Part shown: one piece after another, positions 39,153 to 47,595 of the stretch
How positions within the stretch are numbered: the first letter of the stretch is position 1
Layout of the letters: every line of letters begins with the position of its first letter
Assembly (NCBI GenBank): GCA_965218435.1
Contig: CBDCKW010000009.1
Span: forward strand, 1,472,001 to 1,536,000
DNA: 64,000 nucleotides
Origin: Truepera sp.
Lineage (GTDB): Bacteria; Deinococcota; Deinococci; Deinococcales; Trueperaceae
Direction: 5' to 3'
Program-made: the position numbers and the translations under genes
The notes under the pieces: model-generated
What the model saw: only the letters and a program-made list of their open reading frames with translations
Databases searched by the model: none
Told to the model about the DNA's origin: nothing

Positions 39153-41513
39153 GTGCAAAAAAACTTTTGTATAAACCGGGGAGAAAGACAGCTACTTATG
39201 TACAAATATCTGAGAGCAACCTTAGCACTGGGCAGCTCGCTGCTGCTTTTCGGTTGTAGCAGCCAGCTCCAATCTGGGCCACCTTTACCTTTGCTGGAAA
39301 CAGGAGTCAGCAACTACGTTCTAGACGTTCGGGTCGCCGCGAGCAGTGACGACGCCGAGGAGAGCGTTAACAGCGGTGGTGTGACCCGCTCGAGCACCAC
39401 GCTCGACCTGGTTCGCAGCAGCACAAATCAGACCGTCGGCTTGCGTTTCACTGGCCTCACCATCCCCGCCGGTGCAACGATCACGAACGCCTACGTCCAG
39501 TTTAAAGCCAATGCATCGACCTCGGAGGCGACCAGCTTGACGGTCCAAGGCCAGACAGCGGACAACTCACCGACCTTTAGCGGGTCTCTTTATAACGTCT
39601 CCGCGAGAGCTAAAACTACGGCTTCCGTGGCGTGGTCACCCGCCGCCTGGACCTCGGGAGCTGAGGAGGCGGCACAAAGAACGCCCAACCTCGCTCCCAT
39701 CCTCCAAGAAGTTGTAGGAAGGTCGGGTTGGTCGAGCGGCAACGCGCTGACGCTTATCGTGACCGGGTCGGGGCGACGAGCTGCTTTTTCCTATGATGGG
39801 AGCCAGGCCGCCGCACCGCTGCTCCACATAGAATATAGTGTCACCGACGGTGGCGGCACTACGACACCCACCGTAGAGGATAGAGTTTCAGCGAGCAGCG
39901 ACGACGCCGAGGAAAATGTTACGAACGGTGGTGTCACCCGCTCGAGCACCACGCTCGAGCTCGTCCGCAGCACTACAGATCAGACCGTCGGGCTGCGCTT
40001 CGCCGACTTAGCCCTGCCTCGAGGGGTCGCCATCACCAACGCTTACGTTCAGTTTACGGCGAGTAAAACAACCTCAGAGGCGACCTCTCTAACCATTCAG
40101 GGTCAGGCTGCGGACAATCCAACAAACTTTAGCGGGACTTCATACAACGTCTCTGCAAGAGCCAGAACCACGGCTTCGGTGGCGTGGTCACCCGCCGCCT
40201 GGACTTCAGGAGCTGCCGGTACGGTGCAGAGAACCCCAAACCTCACTCCCATCATCCAGGAGATCGTCAGCCGACCCGGTTGGCGGAGCGGCAACGCCCT
40301 TGCACTGATTATCACCGGCTCGGGGCAGCGGGTCGCCCGGTCTTACGACGGCGAGCAGGCCGCAGCACCGCTCCTTCACCTCGAGTACAGCGCGACGGAA
40401 ACCCCGCCCAGTGTAACCCGCTTTAGTGCAAGTCCGGGCACGGTCGTCAAGGGCGGACAGGCGCACTTTTCCTGGTTGGTCTCCGACCCTGATGGTGGTC
40501 CGCTGCGCTGCACGTTAGACGCCAACGGCGACGGTGTGGCCGACTACGCAATCAGCGACTGCCGCACCACCACCTCGCAGACGCATACCTATGCGGCAGC
40601 GGGGCGCTACTGGCCCACGCTGACAGTCAAGGATTCAACGAACGCCGTGGACACAGCTACTCTGAGCTTCCACGTGACTAACAGCACCTCCGTAACGGTC
40701 GCGGCTGCCGGTGACATCGCCTGCGATCCGCTTGAATTAGGTTACAAAGGTGGTGTAGGTACAGCTACTAGATGCCATATGAACGCTACCTCGAGTCTTG
40801 TCCGCAATATAAACCCTGAAGCCGTCTTTACCTTGGGCGACCAGCAGTACTCCGATGGGACGCTGGAAAAATTTATGCAGGTCTACGACCAAACCTGGGG
40901 ACAGTTTAAGGGCATCACCTACCCCGCAGTCGGTACGCACGACACCTCTGGGGGCTACTTCGCCTACTTCGGTGCGGCTGCCGGAAACCCTTCAAAGGGC
41001 TATTACAGCTACGACCTCGGTGCTTGGCATGTCGTCGTCCTTAACACCAGCTGTTCGCGCGCCGGGGGCTGCGGCAGCGGCTCACCACAGGAGCGGTGGC
41101 TAAAAGCCGACCTCGCGGCCAACCCCAAAACGTGTACGCTGGCAGTGATGCACTACCCACGGTTTAGCTCGGGGAAAAACGGCAGCATCACCTCGGGTAT
41201 CCCGTTCTGGCGCGATCTTTACGACGCGGGCATCGAGTTCGTGCTGTCCGGCAACGACCATCACTACGAACGCTTTGCGCCGCAAACGCCGGACGGCGCG
41301 CTCGACACCGAACATGGAATCCGCCAGTTCGTCGTCGGCACGGGAGGCAAGGAGTCTTACGCCCTCAATACGCCTCTACCCAACAGCGAAATAAGGATTG
41401 CCAACACATTCGGTGCCCTGAAACTCAATCTTCAACCGACCAGCTACACCTGGCAGTTTGTCCCCGAAGCGGGCAAAACGGCCTCCGACAGCGGGAGCAG
41501 CACGTGTCACTAG
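39153..41513 (+). CDS. Lipoprotein: two tandem beta-sandwich modules + PKD-like + metallophosphoesterase (variant motifs)
   Basis: Lipobox LFGC; two SSDDAEE...APLLH repeats; GDIAC, GDQQY, GTHD, GNDH. Confidence 0.85.
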   Translation: MQKNFCINRGERQLLMYKYLRATLALGSSLLLFGCSSQLQSGPPLPLLETGVSNYVLDVRVAASSDDAEESVNSGGVTRSSTTLDLVRSSTNQTVGLRFTGLTIPAGATITNAYVQFKANASTSEATSLTVQGQTADNSPTFSGSLYNVSARAKTTASVAWSPAAWTSGAEEAAQRTPNLAPILQEVVGRSGWSSGNALTLIVTGSGRRAAFSYDGSQAAAPLLHIEYSVTDGGGTTTPTVEDRVSASSDDAEENVTNGGVTRSSTTLELVRSTTDQTVGLRFADLALPRGVAITNAYVQFTASKTTSEATSLTIQGQAADNPTNFSGTSYNVSARARTTASVAWSPAAWTSGAAGTVQRTPNLTPIIQEIVSRPGWRSGNALALIITGSGQRVARSYDGEQAAAPLLHLEYSATETPPSVTRFSASPGTVVKGGQAHFSWLVSDPDGGPLRCTLDANGDGVADYAISDCRTTTSQTHTYAAAGRYWPTLTVKDSTNAVDTATLSFHVTNSTSVTVAAAGDIACDPLELGYKGGVGTATRCHMNATSSLVRNINPEAVFTLGDQQYSDGTLEKFMQVYDQTWGQFKGITYPAVGTHDTSGGYFAYFGAAAGNPSKGYYSYDLGAWHVVVLNTSCSRAGGCGSGSPQERWLKADLAANPKTCTLAVMHYPRFSSGKNGSITSGIPFWRDLYDAGIEFVLSGNDHHYERFAPQTPDGALDTEHGIRQFVVGTGGKESYALNTPLPNSEIRIANTFGALKLNLQPTSYTWQFVPEAGKTASDSGSSTCH
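39339..40390 (+). repeat. Internal tandem domain duplication, period 552 bp (184 aa)
   Basis: GCGAGCAG.GACGACGCCGAGGA at 39339 and 39891; a third homologous module lies in the 37308 gene (~37470-37970). Confidence 0.85.
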
Positions 41514-41562
41514 CTACCCCTGACCGGCTTAATTTCATCCGCTAACTCAGGAGACCTTAACC

Positions 41563-42570
41563 ATGCGCGTCAAATTGCAGCCAACGTCGTTTATCGCAGT
41601 CCTTCTCTTTCTCTCTGGCTGTATAACCAGTGCTACCAGCTATAGCATAGCGACGGCTGCTTACAACCCTACTGCCGACCGCACTGCGCCCTCGGTAGCC
41701 GTCGGTGACGACACTGTGGCCATCGCCGCAGCAGGCGACATCGCCTGTGACCCCGACGCCCGCCTTTTCAACGGCGGCGTCGGCACAACCCACAGTTGTC
41801 ATATGAAAGCCACCTCGGACTTGCTGCTGGACATGGCACCCGCGGCCGTCCTCACGCTCGGTGACAATCAGTACGAGAGTGCCTCTTACGAAAACTTTAT
41901 GGCGTCTTTTGACCGTTCGTGGGGACGGCTCAAAAACAAACTCTATCCTGCTATCGGCAACCACGAGGGCGAATCGGCGGACGCTGGGGAGGGCTACTGT
42001 GAGTATTTTGGCGCAATAGCCAACTGCAACGCCGACGGTTCGCAGGCAGGGTCGGCTTACTACTCGTTCGAGGTAGGCCGGTGGCACCTCGTCGTGCTCA
42101 ACTCGAACTGCAGTGCCGCGGGTGGCTGTGATGTCGGCAGCCCGCAGTATCAGTGGCTGGTAGCCGACCTCGCCGCGCACCCGAGCAAATGCACCCTCGC
42201 TTATTGGCATCACCCGCGCGTCAGCTCCGGTGATCACGGCAACCACACCCGTATGGCTGACATTTTCAGCGCACTCTACAACGCCGGGGTCGAGCTTGTC
42301 CTCAGCGGGCACGACCACGATTACGAGCGCTTCGCGCCGCAAAACCCGGACTTGGGGGCCGACCCCAAAAAGGGCGTCAGGCAGTTCGTAGTGGGAACCG
42401 GGGGCAAGAACCTCTATACCTTTAACAGCGAGGAACCGAACAGCGAGGTGATGAATTCACAAACCTTCGGCGTTCTTAAACTGACGCTGCATCCGGAAAG
42501 TTACGACTGGGAGTTTGTCCCGGAAGCTGGTAAAACCTTTACCGATAAGGGGAAAGGCTTGTGTCACTGA
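41563..42570 (+). CDS. Metallophosphoesterase lipoprotein (canonical motifs)
   Basis: Lipobox LSGC; GDIAC, GDNQY, GNHE, WHHP, GHDH. Confidence 0.9.
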   Translation: MRVKLQPTSFIAVLLFLSGCITSATSYSIATAAYNPTADRTAPSVAVGDDTVAIAAAGDIACDPDARLFNGGVGTTHSCHMKATSDLLLDMAPAAVLTLGDNQYESASYENFMASFDRSWGRLKNKLYPAIGNHEGESADAGEGYCEYFGAIANCNADGSQAGSAYYSFEVGRWHLVVLNSNCSAAGGCDVGSPQYQWLVADLAAHPSKCTLAYWHHPRVSSGDHGNHTRMADIFSALYNAGVELVLSGHDHDYERFAPQNPDLGADPKKGVRQFVVGTGGKNLYTFNSEEPNSEVMNSQTFGVLKLTLHPESYDWEFVPEAGKTFTDKGKGLCH

Positions 42571-42657
42571 CAGATCACGCAACGACACACCGGGCCGTCA
42601 CCACCGCTAAAGCCTGGTCAGGCACTCACTTAGCGACAAAAGAAAGGTGTATACATC

Positions 42658-43719
42658 ATGTCATTTGTAGCCGTCATAATGGCCGGTGGCTCAGGGCAGC
42701 GGTTCTGGCCCCTCTCGACCGCCGCCAGACCCAAGCAGTTTCTCGACCTCGAGCGCTGCGGCCACACCCTGCTCCAAGCTACCTTCGGGCGCTTGCAAGC
42801 ACTGACCGGGGGACCTGAACAAACCTTTGTCATTACCGGGGAACGCTACGCTGAGCTGGTTTTTGAGCAGCTGCCCGAACTGCCCCCGGAAAACTTGCTG
42901 CTCGAGCCCACCGGCCGCGACACCGCGCCCGCAGCGGCGCTCGCCGCGCTCGAGCTGCGCGCCAGAGTCGGCGACGCTATCATGGGGCTCTTCCCCTCGG
43001 ATCACCGTGTCGCCGACGTGAGCAGCTTTCAACACACGTTGCGGCAGGCTGCCTCGCTGACCGAGGCCACCCGCGGCATCGTCACGCTCGGTATCAAACC
43101 CGACCGCCCCGCAACGGGCTACGGCTATATCGAACAGGGTGAGCCGGTAGAGGGCGGTTACAAGGTTGCCCGGTTTGTCGAAAAACCGGATTTGGCGAGC
43201 GCCCAAGCGTACTTAGAGACGGGGCGTTACAGCTGGAATGGCGGCATCTTTGTGTGGCACGTGCAGACCATTTTAGACGAGCTGCGCCGCTACGCGCCCG
43301 GCCTCTTAACCCCGCTTACCGAAGCGCACGGCGCGGGGCGGGTTCACGAGGTTTTTCCCGACTTGCCAAAAATCAGTATCGATTACGCGGTGATGGAGCG
43401 AACCCAAAAAGCCTTCGTGGTTCCGGCTGACTTCGGCTGGGATGATGTGGGCGACTGGCAGGCACTCGAGCGCTTGTTACATAAAGAACACGGCGACCCC
43501 GACACCGTAACCAATACCGTCGTAGGCCAGCACATCGGGCTCGAGACGTCCGGCAACATCATCTATACGGAGAGCGAAGAGGATATCGTCGCCACCTTAG
43601 GCGTTGAAAACCTGGTCATCGTCAAGCGGCACAACGCTGTACTGTTGCTGCGTAAAGACCGCGTACAGGACCTCAAGCAGCTTTTGGCCGACGAAAGACT
43701 GCTCAATTTCCCGGTTTGA
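42658..43719 (+). CDS. manC: Mannose-1-phosphate guanylyltransferase
   Basis: IMAGGSGQRFWPLS...PKQFL, EP.GRDTAPA, PSDH, TGYGYI, FVEKP, SIDYAVME, WDDVGDW. Confidence 0.95.
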   Translation: MSFVAVIMAGGSGQRFWPLSTAARPKQFLDLERCGHTLLQATFGRLQALTGGPEQTFVITGERYAELVFEQLPELPPENLLLEPTGRDTAPAAALAALELRARVGDAIMGLFPSDHRVADVSSFQHTLRQAASLTEATRGIVTLGIKPDRPATGYGYIEQGEPVEGGYKVARFVEKPDLASAQAYLETGRYSWNGGIFVWHVQTILDELRRYAPGLLTPLTEAHGAGRVHEVFPDLPKISIDYAVMERTQKAFVVPADFGWDDVGDWQALERLLHKEHGDPDTVTNTVVGQHIGLETSGNIIYTESEEDIVATLGVENLVIVKRHNAVLLLRKDRVQDLKQLLADERLLNFPV

Positions 43720-43883
43720 CCCGGTACACCCGAAACCGTTTCACCGGCAAAGACGAACGGGATTGTCCGGCGTTCTGAGCGTTTTCGCGTTAGAAAATAC
43801 ATTGAGCCCATTTGCGCTGCACCTAGCCCCTGCCAAGGCGGGGGCAAACGCGGCGCTAAGACACGACCGGGAAAACAACCAAC

Positions 43884-44867
43884 ATGCGCATAAACACTAG
43901 GCCAGCCCGACAACACCTCTCAGTCTCAGCTACGTTCATGACTGTGATTTTCGTAACTATGAGTTTTGTGCTGCTACTCGCTGCGTGTCAGGCGAACCGG
44001 GTGTCGGTCCCAGTCACGTTCCCTCATCCGCCTCACACCAACGTCACCTTGCCCACTCGAGCCGCTTTTTACTATCCGTGGTATCCGGAAACCTGGCGGG
44101 TCAACGGTAAGCACGTCGTTTATCATCCGGCGCTGGGTTATTACGACAGCGACGCCTCAGATGTTATCAGTGCGCACATCAAGGCGCTCGACTACGCTAA
44201 AGTCAAAGTGGCTATCGTCTCATGGTGGGGCCGGGGGACACACCACGAGCAGCTGCGTATTCCTCAACTGCTCACCCAAACGCAGCGCCTAGATTCGCCG
44301 CTCAAGTGGGCGCTGTACTACGAGAAAGAAGGGGTCGGCGACCCGAGCGTCAGCGAGCTTCAGGCCGACCTAAAATATCTCAAAGCGTATGTCGGCCCGA
44401 GCTACGCGGTCGTAGACGGCAAGCCGGTCGTCTTCGTCTACAACACCGACGATACCGACTGCGAGGTAGCCAGGCGGTGGCGCGCGGCGGCTGCGGACTG
44501 GTACGTCGTGCTCAAGGTTTTCTCGGGCTACCGGGACTGTTTTGCACAACCCTCGAGCTGGCATCAGTACGCGCCTGCACGGGCTACCGACCGGCAAACC
44601 GGCTTTGCCTACAGCATCTCACCCGGCTTCTGGCGTGCCGACGAAGCCGCGCCGCGCCTGCCCCGGAACCTTACTCGCTGGCGGCAAAATATCCGGGAGA
44701 TGGTGGTGGCCGGTGATCCCTGGCAGCTGGTCACGACCTTTAACGAATGGGGTGAAGGCACCGCCGTAGAGGAGGCGAAAACGTGGGAGAGAGAGCCTTA
44801 CGGCCGCTATATCGGCGCACTGGCAACTGACGGTGCCGAGGCTGTCACCCTGCCGGAGACGCCGTAA
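43884..44867 (+). CDS. GH99-like glycoside hydrolase lipoprotein
   Basis: Lipobox LAAC; AFYYPWY, P.LGYYDS, VSWWG, SPGF, TFNEWGEGTAVE. Confidence 0.78.
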   Translation: MRINTRPARQHLSVSATFMTVIFVTMSFVLLLAACQANRVSVPVTFPHPPHTNVTLPTRAAFYYPWYPETWRVNGKHVVYHPALGYYDSDASDVISAHIKALDYAKVKVAIVSWWGRGTHHEQLRIPQLLTQTQRLDSPLKWALYYEKEGVGDPSVSELQADLKYLKAYVGPSYAVVDGKPVVFVYNTDDTDCEVARRWRAAAADWYVVLKVFSGYRDCFAQPSSWHQYAPARATDRQTGFAYSISPGFWRADEAAPRLPRNLTRWRQNIREMVVAGDPWQLVTTFNEWGEGTAVEEAKTWEREPYGRYIGALATDGAEAVTLPETP

Positions 44868-44918
44868 CGGTCATTGACGGCGGCCAAGCCTACCCACTTT
44901 CAAGATGGCTGCTCGAGC

Positions 44919-45131
44919 TTAACTGAGGCGCTCGAGACCTGCGGGTGTCAGCCGGTAAACCAAACGAGATTCTTTCTCCACAGCTACCCAGTGGTGCTCG
45001 ACCAAACCTTGGCGACTCAGGTCTGCCAGCAGTGGATAGACCACGTTTTCCAGCTGCGACAGGCGCGCCAACTCACCCGCGCTTTTGTAAACAGCAGGTT
45101 CTTCGGCAAGTAAAGCCAGCAGACGCGCCAT
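44919..45131 (-). CDS. Small PadR-like winged-helix regulator
   Basis: VYPLLADL..QGLVEHHW....RLVYRLTPAG pattern; start uncertain. Confidence 0.6.
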   Translation of the reverse strand: MARLLALLAEEPAVYKSAGELARLSQLENVVYPLLADLSRQGLVEHHWVAVEKESRLVYRLTPAGLERLS

Positions 45132-45351
45132 ACGTTTTTCTTTCTTACGTCTAAACGTCTTGAACACTCTAAGCACGATCCGTCTCTCGCAGGGAGCGGC
45201 CACAGGTCAGGTAGTGCTTCCACTCGGCCGTACCAAACTATAACCCAAGACGACCGAAACACTATGGCGGTTTTCTCATCGGCGCTGCGTCTTAGTCTCG
45301 TCATCGCCATTTGGCTTTTACCCGCTCCCACAACTCCCACAAGTACCACCA

Positions 45352-45416
45352 CCGAGGCGAGGGGCTTAGACCCGGACGCACCACGGCATCTGAACAAGGT
45401 CACCAAGGCGAGGTAG
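45352..45416 (+). repeat. Right copy of the duplicated SIS-gene 3' end
   Basis: Translates EARGLDPDAPRHLNKVTKAR* versus EAKGLDPDAPRHLNKVTKTM* of the SIS gene. Confidence 0.85.
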
Positions 45417-45588
45417 CAGGCCGAGGTAGCAAGTCGGGTTCAGACAAGAGCCCCAAAGGGCTAATTTGTAGAGCCGCAAACGAAGCTCGCCCGACTAAGC
45501 AACCGGTGAAGTCTGAAAGCTTTGTGAACGCACGCTGCAGCTACGGCGGACAGCTAGACGGGTTGTCTTTTATAGGTAAAGTGGACGG

Positions 45589-46278
45589 GTGGAACCGCTG
45601 ACCCAAAGAGCCCTCGAGCGCCGCCTTAAACGCTACGTCTCGAAAGAAACCCACGACTTTTTGGCGGTCGGTGCGCCGGGGTTTGAAGCGGTCTTGCTCG
45701 GCGAAGTTCAGGCTCTACCTGATGTGAACAACGCCAAAATCGTCTGGGGTGGGGTCGAGTTTCGCGGGCCGTTTGCGGCGATCTATCACGCCAATTTGCA
45801 GCTCGCCAGCGCCCACCGCGTGTTGTGGCGCGTCGCCGAATTTTTAGCGCAATCGTACCCGATGCTCTACAACAAGGCGGCAAAAGTGCCGTGGGAACGG
45901 TTTACCGGGTTTGAACAGCAGGTTCGGTTTAGTGTCAGCAGCCGCAGCTCGAGGCTTCGCTATCCGCCAAAAAATGCCGAGACGGTTTTTAGTGCGGTGT
46001 AAACGGCCGTTTTACCGTTGGGACTTCACCCGGACTTGTCAGATGAGGCAACGTTAAGTGTTCATGTGCGCCTGTTTCAAGACCGCTGTACCCTGAGTTT
46101 AGACACCAGCGGCGAGCATTTGCATAGGCGCGGCTACCGCATCCATATCGGGGACGCGCCGATTCGCGAAACGCTCGCCGCCATTTTAGAAACCGTCAAT
46201 TTCAGGCAGTTTGAGCTGATCGTTGACCCCATGTGTGGCAGCGGGACGTTTTTGCTCGAGACCCAAAAACGTCTTTAG
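45589..46278 (+). pseudogene. THUMP-domain RNA methyltransferase (RlmL-like) pseudogene
   Basis: PGFE, ANL...A.RVL, LSLDTSGE.LHRRGYR, APIRETLAA, DPMCGSGT; in-frame TAA at 46000-46002 and truncated right after motif I. Confidence 0.85.
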
Positions 46279-46512
46279 GCGTAACAACCAGCTGGATCAA
46301 GTTGCTGTTCGCTTCTTCTCTACTTCAGATTGGGCATAGTGAGTGGCTAACAGGTGGTCGGTGAGACTTCGGCGTAGGGCAACGACCGCTTGGACTTCGC
46401 CCAAAACCTATCGCGGCTCTTTCCATAAGCTAGCAGCCATGAACTATATGAAGCGGCAGCCGGGTTGGGCCTGTGGCGGGCAGCCGTCTGATGAAGGGGT
46501 GGTACCACCCTC

Positions 46513-47595
46513 CTAACGGGGCTCGGACGCGACCTCAATACGCGTACCGGTTTCATACGAGGCAGTGGCCGCCACCGCGAGCTCGAGGGCACGCTGCCCC
46601 GCTTGGGCAGGGACCGGCGGCGGCTCTCCGGCCCTAAACGCTGCGAGAACTGCGTCCATATGAAGGTCGAAGGTTCGGTGAAAGTCGCGGTCAAAGTCGT
46701 TAAAGTAGCCAGCTTGCCAAACCTCGGCCGTCTCACTCCCGGCACGTTGAAAGCTGAAGCGGCGCACTGTGTCGTCTACCACCACACGTCCCTCGGTGCC
46801 GTTTAGCTCGAGGCGGTGAGCACCCGGATACGCATACGAAGAATCGTAAGAACCGACCAGGCTCCCGAGTGCGCCGCTCTCAAACTTCAGGGAAAGAACG
46901 AGCGTTGAAAAGCCTTTGCCGGTTTTGTCGGTCATTTCAGCCATCACCGACGCAATCGGCCCACATAACGACTCGAGCTGGTCAAAAGCGTGACACTGGG
47001 TTTCGATCAAGTTCGCGTGCGGATGGTCGCTCTCTCCTTCTCCCCCAAAACGCCAGGTGGCGAAGATAAGCTCGCCCAACTTGCCCTCGTCAACCGCTTG
47101 TTTGGCGAGGAGCAGGGGCTTGGCGTAGCGATGATTAAAGTTGATGGCGAAAAACAGGTCGCGCTGGCGGGCCGCTTCGGTAAGGGTTTTGGCCTCTGCC
47201 AGCTCGAATACGAGCGGCTTTTCAACGAAAAGCGGATAGCCGGCGCTGATAACCTGGTAGGTCACGCCGAAATGATGCTGATTAGGTAAGCAGACACAAA
47301 CAAGGTCGGGACGCTGCTCGTTTAACATCGTCTCAACCGACGTATAGGGGCTCGTCCCGTAGTCGGCTGCGCGCAGAGCCGTTCGCTTCTGATCGCGGCC
47401 TACCACCGCACAAAAATTGACGTCCTGCCGGAGCGCGAGGATACGGGCGTGCTGCTGTGCCCAGTTACCGGTACCGATCAGAGCGAGCTTGAGCTTGGGA
47501 GAGGTCACTATCGACGCTATTCCGGTTGCCGTGCTGACAAGCTTAGCGGCGTCACGGCTTTCGTTATTTAGCTGCGGCGCTAACGCCGCAACCAA
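46513..47595 (-). CDS. Gfo/Idh/MocA oxidoreductase
   Basis: IGTGNWA Rossmann motif, FVEKP, FNHRY; real start possibly GTG 47508. Confidence 0.9.
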   Translation of the reverse strand: MVAALAPQLNNESRDAAKLVSTATGIASIVTSPKLKLALIGTGNWAQQHARILALRQDVNFCAVVGRDQKRTALRAADYGTSPYTSVETMLNEQRPDLVCVCLPNQHHFGVTYQVISAGYPLFVEKPLVFELAEAKTLTEAARQRDLFFAINFNHRYAKPLLLAKQAVDEGKLGELIFATWRFGGEGESDHPHANLIETQCHAFDQLESLCGPIASVMAEMTDKTGKGFSTLVLSLKFESGALGSLVGSYDSSYAYPGAHRLELNGTEGRVVVDDTVRRFSFQRAGSETAEVWQAGYFNDFDRDFHRTFDLHMDAVLAAFRAGEPPPVPAQAGQRALELAVAATASYETGTRIEVASEPR

